Shown here: positions 55,135-64,000 of the stretch, in pieces
How the letters are laid out: each line of letters opens with the position of its first letter
Position numbering within the stretch: position 1 is the first letter of the stretch
From: Alphaproteobacteria bacterium
GTDB lineage: Bacteria; Pseudomonadota; Alphaproteobacteria; GCA-2731375
Assembly: GCA_965225945.1 (NCBI GenBank)
Contig: CBDDBZ010000037.1
Location: 128,001-192,000, forward strand
Reading direction: 5' to 3'
Length of the DNA stretch: 64,000 nucleotides
Program-made: the position numbers and the translations under genes
Notes under the pieces: generated by a model
What the model saw: only the letters and a program-made list of their open reading frames with translations
What the model was told of the DNA's origin: nothing
Databases searched by the model: none

Positions 55135-56893
55135 GGGCTGATCCGTCCTCGTCCGGCGCCTGGGCGGCGCCCTTGTCTATCAGCTCGCGCGCACCGCTGA
55201 CCAGCCTCTCGCCATGCGCGCGTCGGGCTGCATCGAGGCCGACCTTGCCGTCGGCGAGGTCTTCCGCCAGGGCCTCGACGGCGCGTTTCCCCGGCTCCCC
55301 CAGGCCGCCGCCGCCCGGCGTCTCCAGCCGAATCGATTCCCCGGCGCGAAGCACGATCCGCGACGGCTTGGAGGAGAGCTCCCGCGTCTCCGCCCCGCTC
55401 ACGCGGTGGAGTATTCGGGCCCTGGCGCCCGCGGCCCCGCCATCGAGTCCGGGCGCCCCCGACTCGTGCCCGTCGGAGCGGGCCGAGAACACCACGCCGT
55501 CCCGCGTCGCCGCGATTTCCCGGGCGATGCCGAGGCCGCCGCGCCGGGTCCCGGCGCCGCCCGAATCCTCGACCAGGGCGTATTCCACCACGCGCAGGCA
55601 GTATTCGTGCTCCAAGGCCTCGACCGGCAGGTTCGAGGTGTTGGTCATGTGCATCTGGATCGCCTCCATGCCGTCGGCCTCGAGGCTGGCGCCGCCGCCG
55701 CCGCCCACCGTCTCCAGATAGACGAAGGGCTCGCCGTCGCCGGGCCGGGGGCCGGAGAAGACGATCGCCGGCACGATGTCGTGCCCGGCGGACATCGCGC
55801 GTGCCGCCGGCAGCAGGGGGGCGAAGGCGCGGAATAGCGCGCGGGCGATCTTGTTGCAGGTGATGGAGCGGGCGCCGCACGCGGCGGGCGGGCGCGGGTT
55901 GACCAGGCTCGCTTCCGGCAAGACGATTTCGATTCCCCGGAACATGCCGCTGTTCGCCATCAGCTCGGGATCGAGCAGCGCCTTGACGGCATAGTAGACC
56001 GTGGCGCGCGCGGCGCTGGGCGGGACGTTCATCGCGCCGCGCGCCTCCGTGCCCGTGCCGGTGAAATCGATCGTCAACCGCGGGCCCTCGACGGCGACCT
56101 CGACGACGATTGGCACGGCGCCACCGGGAAAGCCGTCGTCGTCGAGATGGCTTTCCCCGCGATGCCGGCCGTCGGGGAGCGCCAGGACCCGCGCGGCGAG
56201 GCGGCGGTGGGTATAGGCGAGGAGGTCGTCCAGCGAGCGGGCGACCGCTTCCAGCCCCAACTCCGCGATCAGCTCGGTGACCAGTTTGCGGCCCCGCTCG
56301 TTGGTCGCCACCTGGACCTGGAGGTCGAGCCGGCGTTCCACCGCGTCGCGGGAGTTGAGCGCGATCAGATCGATCACGTCGTGGTTCAGGGCACCGGCCC
56401 GGGCGATCCGGACGGCGGGAATGCGCAGACCCTCTTCGTAGATCGTCCTCGACTGGCCGGAGATCGAGCCCGGCACGCTGCCGCCGACGTCGGCATGGTG
56501 GCCGATGTTGGCGGCGAAGAAGCAGACCCGGCCGTCGTGGAAGATCGGCGTCACCACCGAGATGTCGGGGGTATGGGTGCCGCCGGCGACATAGGGGTCG
56601 TTGCAGACGAAAGCGTCGCCCACGACCATATCCGCGATTGCGGTCAGGGCGAGCGCGGCCTCGACGCCGCCCATGAGGGAGCCCAGATGCAGCGGCACGT
56701 GCGCCGCCTGTGCCGCCAGTCGCCCGCCCGCGTCGAACAGGGCGACGGAACAGTCCTTGCGCTCCTTGATGTTGGTCGAGAAGGAGGAGCGCACGAGGGT
56801 GTGTCCCATCTCCTCGGTGATCGAGAGCAATCGGTTGGAGAACACCTCCATCAGAATCGGGTCGTGGGCCGGGTCGTCGAAGGTGGCGCTCAT
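55124..56893 (-). CDS. Hydantoinase B/oxoprolinase
   Basis: SFSTNIKERKDCS, NDPY..GTH.PD, HHADVGG, TPGGGG. Confidence 0.92.
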
Positions 56894-58935
56894 GGGCCCG
56901 CCTCCTCCTCGATCAGGATGTTGCCGTGGCCGTCGATCCGCGCGCTCTGGCCGGGCAGCACCAGGGTGGTGGCGCTCATCTCCTCGACGATCGCCGGGCC
57001 GGATAGGCGAACGCCGACGGCCAAACCATCGCGGGCATGGACCGGCGTCTCGCGCCAGCCGGTGGCCTCGTCGATATAGACGCGTCGCCGGCTCTCGAGC
57101 CCCGGCGTCGCCTCGCCGGCGGGCGGTCGCTCGTCGCCGGCGCGCTCGATACGCCCGATCGCACGCGAGCGGCAGTTGACGATCTCCACCATCCGGCCCT
57201 CCAGCGTGTGGCCGTGGACGCGGCGATGGGTCTCGTGGAAGCGCCAGAGAAAGCCGGCGAGATCCCCCGTCTCGGGCGACCAGGCGACCCGGACCTCGTG
57301 GTTCTGCCCGAGATAGCGGGCATCGAGGGCCATTTCATGCTCGCGCCTGGGCGCCGGAACCGCCTCGGAGTCCAGCCAGGCCTCGCCCTGGTCCCGCATA
57401 CCCGCGAGCCGCGCCATCACGCGGGGCCAGGCCGCCGCGTCGGCCGGCGCGATCTCGGTCTGGACGAAGTCGAGCGCGATGTCGGAGACCAGGATGCCCC
57501 GGGCGCACAGCGTGCCGGGCTCCCTCGGCACCAGGACCCGCGCGAGCCGCAGCTCGCGCGCGATCTCGGCCGCATGCAGCGGGCCCGCGCCGCCATAGGC
57601 GACGAGGCTGAAGCCGGCGAGATCGTGGCCCCGCTCGCTCGAAACGGCGCGGACCGCGCGCGCCATGTTGGCCAGCGCCACCCGGATCACGCCGCGTGCC
57701 GCGCGTTCCGGCGCCAGGCCCAAGGGTTCCGCGATGCCACGCGTCACCGCCGCCGTCGCGGCTTCGAGGTCGAGCGCGATGCGGCCGCCGACCAGACCGC
57801 CCGGCCCGAGGCGGCCGAGCACCAGGTTGGCGTCGGTCAGCGTCACCGCCTCGCCGCCTTGGCCGTAGGCGACCGGACCGGGCACGGCGCCCGCGCTCTC
57901 AGGTCCGACCTTGAGCCCGCCGGCCTCGTCGATCCGGGCGATCGAGCCGCCGCCGGCGCCGATCACGTGCACGTCGATCATCGGGTTGCGCGCCGGATAG
58001 CCGGCGATCTCCCGCTCCGAGGTCGCGAGCGGCGCTCCGTCGTGGACCAGCGAGACGTCGGTGGAGGTGCCGCCGACGTCGAAGGTGACGAGATCCCGGA
58101 AGCCCGCCTCGCCGGCGATCCGCGCGGCGCCGACGACGCCGGCGGCGGGGCCGGACAGGCAAGTTCTGACCGGATGCCCGCTCGCCGTCGCAAGCGACAT
58201 CAGGCCGCCGTTGGAATGAAGGGTGTAGGGCGCCGCGCGGATCCCGAGCTCCCCCATCGCCTCGGCGAAGCGGGCGAGATAGCGGCTCATCCGGGGCCCG
58301 ATATAGGCGTTCAGCACCGTCGTCGAGGTCCGCTCGAATTCGCGGAACTCCGGCGTCACCTCGGCGGAGAAGCTGACATAGAGATCGGGCGCGCGTGTCC
58401 TGACGAGGGCGGCGATCCGGGCCTCGTGCTCCGGGCGGCGATAGCTGTGCAGCAGCGCGATCGCGAGCGCCTCGATCCCTTGCTCCAACAGGCTCTCGAT
58501 CGCCGCCATCGCCTCGGCCTCGTCGAGGGGGCGGAGGATTTCGCCATCGGCGGCGACCCGCTCGTCGAGCTCCAGGCGCCGGCGGCGGGGGACCAGCGGC
58601 GGCGGCTTGCGCTGGCCGTAGTCGTAGAGATGCGGGCGGGTCTGGCGGCCGATCTCCAGGACGTCGCGAAAGCCCCGGGTGGTGATGAGGCCGGTCGGCG
58701 CGCCGCGACGCTCGATAATCATGTTGGTGGCGACGGTGGTGCCGTGGCCGAGGAAGACGACGTCGCCCGGATCGGCCTCGTGTTCCGCCAGCAATCGCGT
58801 GAGCCCAGCGCGAATGGCGCGGGCGGGATCGTCCGGCGTGGACGGCACCTTGACGTGGCGCAGCCGAGCCCGAGCGGGATCCGCGAGGGTGAAGTCGGTG
58901 AAGGTGCCGCCGACGTCGAAACCGATTCTGTACAT
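56890..58935 (-). CDS. Hydantoinase A/oxoprolinase
   Basis: DVGGTFTD, GTTVATN, SGPAAG, DVGGTSTD, IGAGGGS. Confidence 0.93.
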   Translation of the reverse strand: MYRIGFDVGGTFTDFTLADPARARLRHVKVPSTPDDPARAIRAGLTRLLAEHEADPGDVVFLGHGTTVATNMIIERRGAPTGLITTRGFRDVLEIGRQTRPHLYDYGQRKPPPLVPRRRRLELDERVAADGEILRPLDEAEAMAAIESLLEQGIEALAIALLHSYRRPEHEARIAALVRTRAPDLYVSFSAEVTPEFREFERTSTTVLNAYIGPRMSRYLARFAEAMGELGIRAAPYTLHSNGGLMSLATASGHPVRTCLSGPAAGVVGAARIAGEAGFRDLVTFDVGGTSTDVSLVHDGAPLATSEREIAGYPARNPMIDVHVIGAGGGSIARIDEAGGLKVGPESAGAVPGPVAYGQGGEAVTLTDANLVLGRLGPGGLVGGRIALDLEAATAAVTRGIAEPLGLAPERAARGVIRVALANMARAVRAVSSERGHDLAGFSLVAYGGAGPLHAAEIARELRLARVLVPREPGTLCARGILVSDIALDFVQTEIAPADAAAWPRVMARLAGMRDQGEAWLDSEAVPAPRREHEMALDARYLGQNHEVRVAWSPETGDLAGFLWRFHETHRRVHGHTLEGRMVEIVNCRSRAIGRIERAGDERPPAGEATPGLESRRRVYIDEATGWRETPVHARDGLAVGVRLSGPAIVEEMSATTLVLPGQSARIDGHGNILIEEEAGP

Positions 58936-58956
58936 CGCCGCGCGTCCTGGGGCGGT

Positions 58957-59076
58957 TCAGACCGCTTCCGGCGGCACCACCGGCCGCGGGCCCGGCACCA
59001 CGATCCCGCCCCCGCTCCAGGCCTCGGGTCCGGTGAAAACGATCGGCTCGGCGGCCGCCTTGGTGCTCGCCTGCAT
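58957..59076 (-). pseudogene. 39-codon remnant, possibly a TauD-like dioxygenase N-terminus
   Basis: GGAGAG RBS; MQASTKAAAEPIVFTGPEAWSG. Confidence 0.3.
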
Positions 59077-59168
59077 GCTCGCTCTCCCCCGACGATGGGC
59101 GCCGGCAACCTACACGCGCCAGCGTCGCCGGCAAAGCATCCGCCCGCGTCGCCTCGAATTATGTATAA

Positions 59169-60263
59169 CGTCCCTATCCGGTTAAGGCAGGCAGCGCTCC
59201 CTGCGATTGTATACCGTCGACCAGTTCCCTGTAGGTGATGGTCGGTCGGGTCATGGCGCGGTGCAACACGAAATCGGCAAGGTCGAAGATGCGTTTGCGC
59301 CGGTTGAAGCGGTAGTTCCATTCCCGGACGTAGCGCGGCAAATGCTTGGCGCTCACCCCGTGGTAGGTTCCGTTGAGCCACGTCTTCACGTTGGAAAACA
59401 GGACATGGACGACCGGCATGAGCTGCTCGGCGTTCTTGCCTTGGCCTTGAACGACGGGCTGGTGGCGATAAGTATCGCCAAGCTTGGCGTAACTCTTGAA
59501 AGCGTCGCTGTCGAGGCGGCTTCCCGGCTTCACCGAGGCGCGCACGAAGTCGCCCAACTCACGGGCGGTGGCCTCGGGCAGGATGGCGAGCCGCGCGGCG
59601 CCGGCGGCGAAGCCGCTCCCCTTGATGCCCTTGCCCGACCCGACCGGCCACTTCTCGACCGCCATCACCAACAGGCTCTTGTTCGGGTTGGAAAGCCCGC
59701 GCCCCCGGCTCTCCGGCTTGCCCCGCCCGCCGTAATAGCTCTCGTCGACCTCGACCAAGCCCTCCAGCGGGAACTCCGGGCGCTCCGTCAGGGCATGGCG
59801 CAGCTTGTGGGCCATCAGCCAGGCGGTGTCGTAGCGCAGGCTCAACTCTCGCGACAGAAACAGCGCCGAGACCCCGCGCTTGTCGCGCCCCATCCACCAC
59901 GCCGCCAGGAACCATTTGCGCAACGGTGTGCGGGTGCGGTGGAAGACCGTGCCCGCGGTCACCGATTCCTGATGGCCGCAACCGGCGCATTCGAAGACCC
60001 GCGGCCGCGTCTTCAATTGGTAGTTCCGCCTCTCGCCGCAACGCGCGCAGACGTAGCCTTGCGGCCAGCGCAGCCGAGCCAGCGCCTCGATGCAGTCCGC
60101 CTCCGATCCATGGCGTTCGAGGAACTCCAATATCCCGCTCATCGAATAGTCCTCCAAAAGCTCCAGCCGATGCGATCAGCCTACACCTCTATGGAGAACA
60201 TATCAAGAACATTCGGAGCCCATCCTGCTTTAACCAGATAGGGACGTTAACCAGATAGGGACG
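59169..60263 (-). mobile_element. IS1595-family insertion sequence with a duplicated end
   Basis: IRs CGTCCCTATCCGGTTAAGGCAGG / CGTCCCTATCTGGTTAAAGCAGG; 17-bp tandem duplication at 60230-60263; flanks ATGTATAA / ATATCTAA. Confidence 0.88.
59174..60142 (-). CDS. IS1595 transposase (intact)
   Basis: CARC...CAGC, SVTAGTVFH, VEVDESY, DSDAF, YVREWNYRFNRR. Confidence 0.92.
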   Translation of the reverse strand: MSGILEFLERHGSEADCIEALARLRWPQGYVCARCGERRNYQLKTRPRVFECAGCGHQESVTAGTVFHRTRTPLRKWFLAAWWMGRDKRGVSALFLSRELSLRYDTAWLMAHKLRHALTERPEFPLEGLVEVDESYYGGRGKPESRGRGLSNPNKSLLVMAVEKWPVGSGKGIKGSGFAAGAARLAILPEATARELGDFVRASVKPGSRLDSDAFKSYAKLGDTYRHQPVVQGQGKNAEQLMPVVHVLFSNVKTWLNGTYHGVSAKHLPRYVREWNYRFNRRKRIFDLADFVLHRAMTRPTITYRELVDGIQSQGALPALTG

Positions 60264-60312
60264 ATATCTAATATCTCTTCGCCGCCCGGCGACGTGGAAA
60301 GGGGAGCCACAC

Positions 60313-60774
60313 ATGAGCGAGCAGATTGAGGTCGACGACGGTTCGCAGGGTGCCAAGCCGGCTGGATTCTGGATTCGATTCGCCGCCTACATCATCGACG
60401 CCATCCTGCTCACGATCGTCGGTTGGCTGATCGCCGCCGTTTTCGGCATCGGCATGGCAATGGACATGTCGGACCCGGAAGCGGTCAGCGGCGCCTTCGT
60501 CGGGTTTCAAGTGGGCATGATGGTCTTCTGGTGTATCTATTTGGCCGCTTTCGAATCCTCCAAGCTGCAGGCGACGCCGGGTAAGCTGGTGGTCGGCGTG
60601 CGGGTGAGCGACGCCGCCGGAGCGAGAATCGGCATCGGCCGCGCCCTGGGCCGGGCGCTGGCGAAATACATCTCGGCCATCATCCTGTTGATCGGCTTCA
60701 TCATGGCGGCATTCACCGATCGCAAGCGGGTGCTGCACGACATGATGGCGGGCACGCTCGTCAGCTATCGCTGA
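60313..60774 (+). CDS. RDD-family membrane protein
   Basis: AGFWIRFAAYIID, QATPGK, LHDMMAGT. Confidence 0.9.
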   Translation: MSEQIEVDDGSQGAKPAGFWIRFAAYIIDAILLTIVGWLIAAVFGIGMAMDMSDPEAVSGAFVGFQVGMMVFWCIYLAAFESSKLQATPGKLVVGVRVSDAAGARIGIGRALGRALAKYISAIILLIGFIMAAFTDRKRVLHDMMAGTLVSYR

Positions 60775-60793
60775 AACCGAGAAGGGAGGGCAA

Positions 60794-61777
60794 TTGAAGT
60801 ACCGGCGACTGGGGCGAACCGGCCTGGAAATCTCGGAGATCGTCTTCGGCGCGGGCTTCGTCGGCGGCGTGCTGATCCACCAAGGCGAGGCGATGGGCCG
60901 CGAGGCGCTGGAACGCGCCCGCGCGCTGGGCATCGACTGGATCGACACCGCGCCGTCCTACGGCGACGGCAAGTCGGAAAGCGCGCTGGGCAAATTGCTG
61001 CCGGCGATCGGCTGGCAACCCCGGCTGTCGACCAAGTTCCGCCTCGAACCGGGCGGGCCGGCGCCGATCGCGACGCAGATCGAGACCAGCGTCGAGGCCA
61101 GCCTGGCCCGCTTGGGGGTCGATTCCGTCGACATGCTGCAACTGCACAATCCCCTGGGCGCCGAGACCGACGAGCGCCACCTCGGGATCGACCGGGTGCT
61201 GGAGGCGGGCGGCGTGGCGGACGTCATGGACGATCTGCGCCGGCGCGCCATCACCCGCCATCTGGGCTTCACCGCGCTCGGCGACGCGGCGACGCTGCGC
61301 CGGATGGTCGCGAGCCATCGTTTCGATACCGCGCAGGTCTATTACAACCTCTTGAACCCGAGCGCCGGGCGCACTGTATCCGCCGGCTGGTCGAGCGAGG
61401 ATTTCGGCGACGTCATCGCCACCTGCCAGGCCCATGACGTCGGTGTCCTGGTGATCCGCGTGATGGCCGCCGGCATTCTCGCCACCGACGAACGGACCGG
61501 GCGCGAGATGGCGATGTATCCGAGTGGCGACGTCGCCTCCGAGGAGGGGCGGGCAGGCGCGGTGCGCGCCGCGCTCGTCGGCGAGCCGGGCAACCGGGCC
61601 CAGGCGGCGATCCGCTTCGCGCTCGGTCATGCGGGCATCAGTGCCGTGTTGATCGGCCCGAGCGTGCCCGATCACCTCGACGAGGCGGCCCGCGCGGTCG
61701 ACATGGCCGCGCTGGCGCCCGAGACCTTGGCCCGTCTCGCCCAGCTTCACGACGGCGATTTCGGCCGCCTCGGCTGA
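60794..61777 (+). CDS. Aldo/keto reductase
   Basis: YRRLGRTG, IDTAPSYG, STK, SLARLG..D..QLH. Confidence 0.9.
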   Translation: MKYRRLGRTGLEISEIVFGAGFVGGVLIHQGEAMGREALERARALGIDWIDTAPSYGDGKSESALGKLLPAIGWQPRLSTKFRLEPGGPAPIATQIETSVEASLARLGVDSVDMLQLHNPLGAETDERHLGIDRVLEAGGVADVMDDLRRRAITRHLGFTALGDAATLRRMVASHRFDTAQVYYNLLNPSAGRTVSAGWSSEDFGDVIATCQAHDVGVLVIRVMAAGILATDERTGREMAMYPSGDVASEEGRAGAVRAALVGEPGNRAQAAIRFALGHAGISAVLIGPSVPDHLDEAARAVDMAALAPETLARLAQLHDGDFGRLG

Positions 61778-62310
61778 GCCGGACCGGCATCGCCGGGTGG
61801 CCGGGGGCTTTACGATGCGCTCGGTCCGATCGGTGGCGCGCGCCCCATCGCGGTGAAATACCGGGTGGAATTCGAAGCCTGGAGGGGTGGCGCGAAATTG
61901 CCTAAAATTCGAAACGGATTTTAGCGGTATTTGGCTCAAAGGTTCGACGAAACAAGTTGAAAAACCACCTAAATATCAATGGTTTGCTAATCGAAATTTA
62001 AAGGATAAAATTGAAAATAAGGCTGAGAATGACGACATAATCGTTGCCGAGGAAGGATGCGACATCGGGTCGCGAGACCGGCTGAAGGGTCACCGGGAGA
62101 CGCGGATCATGGCCAGGAACGAGACGAGCCGCGATCGCCGCGCCCGAGGCGTGGGCCGTATGGTGGCCATCCTCGTACTGATCGGGATCGCCGCCGCGAA
62201 TTCGGCCCTTTTCTACTTTATCATCTGGCCCGAATTCTCGCCCCACGATCCGTTCAGTGCGATTCTCTTCTTCATCAGTGGCGGCGCACACCTGATCTAT
62301 TTCTTCATCC

Positions 62311-63065
62311 CTTGCCTATCCGGTTATCACCCACACCCACTATATGTAGTGTGTCTCCTTGGACTGCAGGCAAGGGCCGGCGCAGGCGCATTGAGGAGGC
62401 GATCCGGCTAATTCTTGATTGTTCTGAAAACCGAACCGGAGTTTAATTCACGTCACGTACTTAACATCGGGGGACGGAACGGTGGCGACCAAGGGAAAAA
62501 CGAAGAAACCCACGGCCAGACGGGAAGCTGCTGATGAAACGACATCGTCTGAGCGATTGACGGCACTAGTCGAAGAAAGCGACGCGCTGGCACGAATCGT
62601 TGCGAAGAACCCGTCCGCGCCTGTTAGTCTCCTGCGCGTTTTGAGTCGCAGCGAAGACGAAGCGACACGCAAGAACGTGATCCTCAATCCGTTTACTTCA
62701 TATGACGTATTGAGCGAACTTGAAAACCAGTTCACAGAGCTATTTGTGAATAATCCGGCACTCGAATCCTACAATTCAATGAAGCTCTGATTTCCTGGAA
62801 TATTCCATCGGTGTCGTTCACCTCCGATTTCAGATAAATTTCAATGAAGTGACGGTCCTTTATGCAACGTGGCGTTTTGCCAAATCCGACTCAATGATTA
62901 GGATTTCCACCACGCTAAAGTGTCGCCTAAAAGGCGCTACAATGCCGTCCGAGTCCCTGCTCGGCATCGCCGGAGATATCTCCGCTTCGACCTGCACCGA
63001 GCTTTACTCAGGAAAATGGGTGCACACTACATATAGTGGGTGTGGGTGATAACCGGATAGGCAAG
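62311..63065. mobile_element. Non-autonomous TIR cassette, copy 2 (755 bp)
   Basis: Same 43-bp TIRs; flanks CTTCATCC / CTTCATAC (7/8 TSD). Confidence 0.92.
62482..62790 (+). CDS. Passenger ORF, LRV/HEAT-like repeat protein (102 aa)
   Basis: GGGGGA RBS; ARIVAKNPSAPVSLLRVL / TRKNVILNPFTSYDVL / FVNNPAL periodic NP repeats. Confidence 0.6.
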   Translation: MATKGKTKKPTARREAADETTSSERLTALVEESDALARIVAKNPSAPVSLLRVLSRSEDEATRKNVILNPFTSYDVLSELENQFTELFVNNPALESYNSMKL

Positions 63066-63657
63066 CTTCATACCTTGGTTCGTGGTCGACGTGATCGGCG
63101 CCTCGTTCGGTACCGGCGGCGAGGATCCGAGCAAATACGAGACCAACCTGGGCGGCGATACGTCCGGCTTCTTCATGCGGCTTTGCACCTTGGTCGGCGT
63201 GCTTTCCATCGCCGTCGTCGCCATGCTCAGCCTGCTGGAAGATCAGTTTCGCGACGACGCGCCGCCGCCCGTCGCCATCACCCGGGCCAATTGTCTCTCC
63301 GTGGGCGGCGTGCCGACGATGATCGGCGGCCGGATGACCTGCAGTTTCGAATCGCAACAGCCAGCCCCCGTCGGCGGGACTGAGCCAGCCCCCGCCGGCG
63401 GAACGCAGTAGGGGGCCGGCCGCGGAGAGTTTGGGCGATGGGCCTCGCCGGGACGCCCTTGCCCGGTGAAGCCAGACCATCATCGCCCGGCGGCTCGGCC
63501 CCTCGCGGCCGAGCCGCGAGGCGTTCGAGCCAATTGCGAGCCTGGGGGATTGCGCATGATCGGTTCATGCCAGCCCGGATTTTCTGCTAGAACTCGGTGG
63601 GATCGGCGCGACCGCGCCGCGATGTATCCCGGCCAGGGATCAGGAAAGCGACGGAAC

Positions 63658-64000
63658 ATGTACGATTCGTTCGGTAAACCCCGTGCCGGCGGCTCGATGC
63701 TGGAGCGCTACACGAGCCAGCTCGGCGATCTGGTCGAAAGACGCCACCGGGAGGCGGCACTGATGTCGGCGAAGGACGAGGCGGAACGCGCGGCGGAAGC
63801 GGCGCGCACCGCCAATCGTGCCCTCCAGCAGGAAATGGAACAACGGTTGGAGGCGCTGGCCGATCTGGAGCATGTCGCCAACCACGACTCGCTCACCGGG
63901 CTGCCGAACCGCAATCTCTTCAACAATCGGCTGGAACAAGTGCTGGCGAGCTCGCGGCGAACCGCGATGCCGGTGGCGCTGATGATTCTCGACCTGGATC
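63658..64000 (+). CDS. GGDEF-domain protein (diguanylate cyclase), runs off the window end
   Basis: Manual translation: coiled coil, then ANHDSLTGLPNRNLF...VALMILDLD. Confidence 0.85.
   Translation, partial: MYDSFGKPRAGGSMLERYTSQLGDLVERRHREAALMSAKDEAERAAEAARTANRALQQEMEQRLEALADLEHVANHDSLTGLPNRNLFNNRLEQVLASSRRTAMPVALMILDLD

Larger units (their letters stand above)
62109..63411 (+). pseudogene. Membrane protein gene split by cassette copy 2
   Basis: Removing 62311-63065 and one TSD gives a continuous frame MARNETS...HLIYFFI|PWFVVDVIG...GGTQ* with three hydrophobic segments. Confidence 0.75.

Noticed and set aside
63361-63405. Two 24-bp tandem units at the end of the membrane gene
   Set aside because: Low-complexity PAP(V/A)GGT tail.

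Overview
High-GC alphaproteobacterial chromosome segment (Rhodospirillales-like gene order). The conserved core (12.1-41.9 kb) runs ftsB, pdhABC-lpdA-lipA-ratA, an inserted hicAB, cinA-pgpA-ispDF, tRNA-Asp, the complete nuoA-N operon, then birA-coaX-rnj-mce-DUF1467. It is flanked by accessory regions of catabolic genes and mobile DNA: two IS1595, one IS630, two IS66, an IS110 stub, a HigBA-like TA module and REP-like hairpins. The most striking item is a transposase-less cassette of about 755 bp present twice (47191-47977 and 62311-63065). It has perfect 43-bp terminal inverted repeats, 8-bp target duplications and a passenger LRV/HEAT-like repeat ORF. Its outer 16 bp match, in register, the end of the intact IS1595 at 59169-60263 (14/16), and its inner ends contain an NrdR-box-like palindrome. 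One copy sits inside an IS66 that itself sits inside osmC; the other splits a membrane-protein gene. All calls were made by eye from motifs; no database searches were run.
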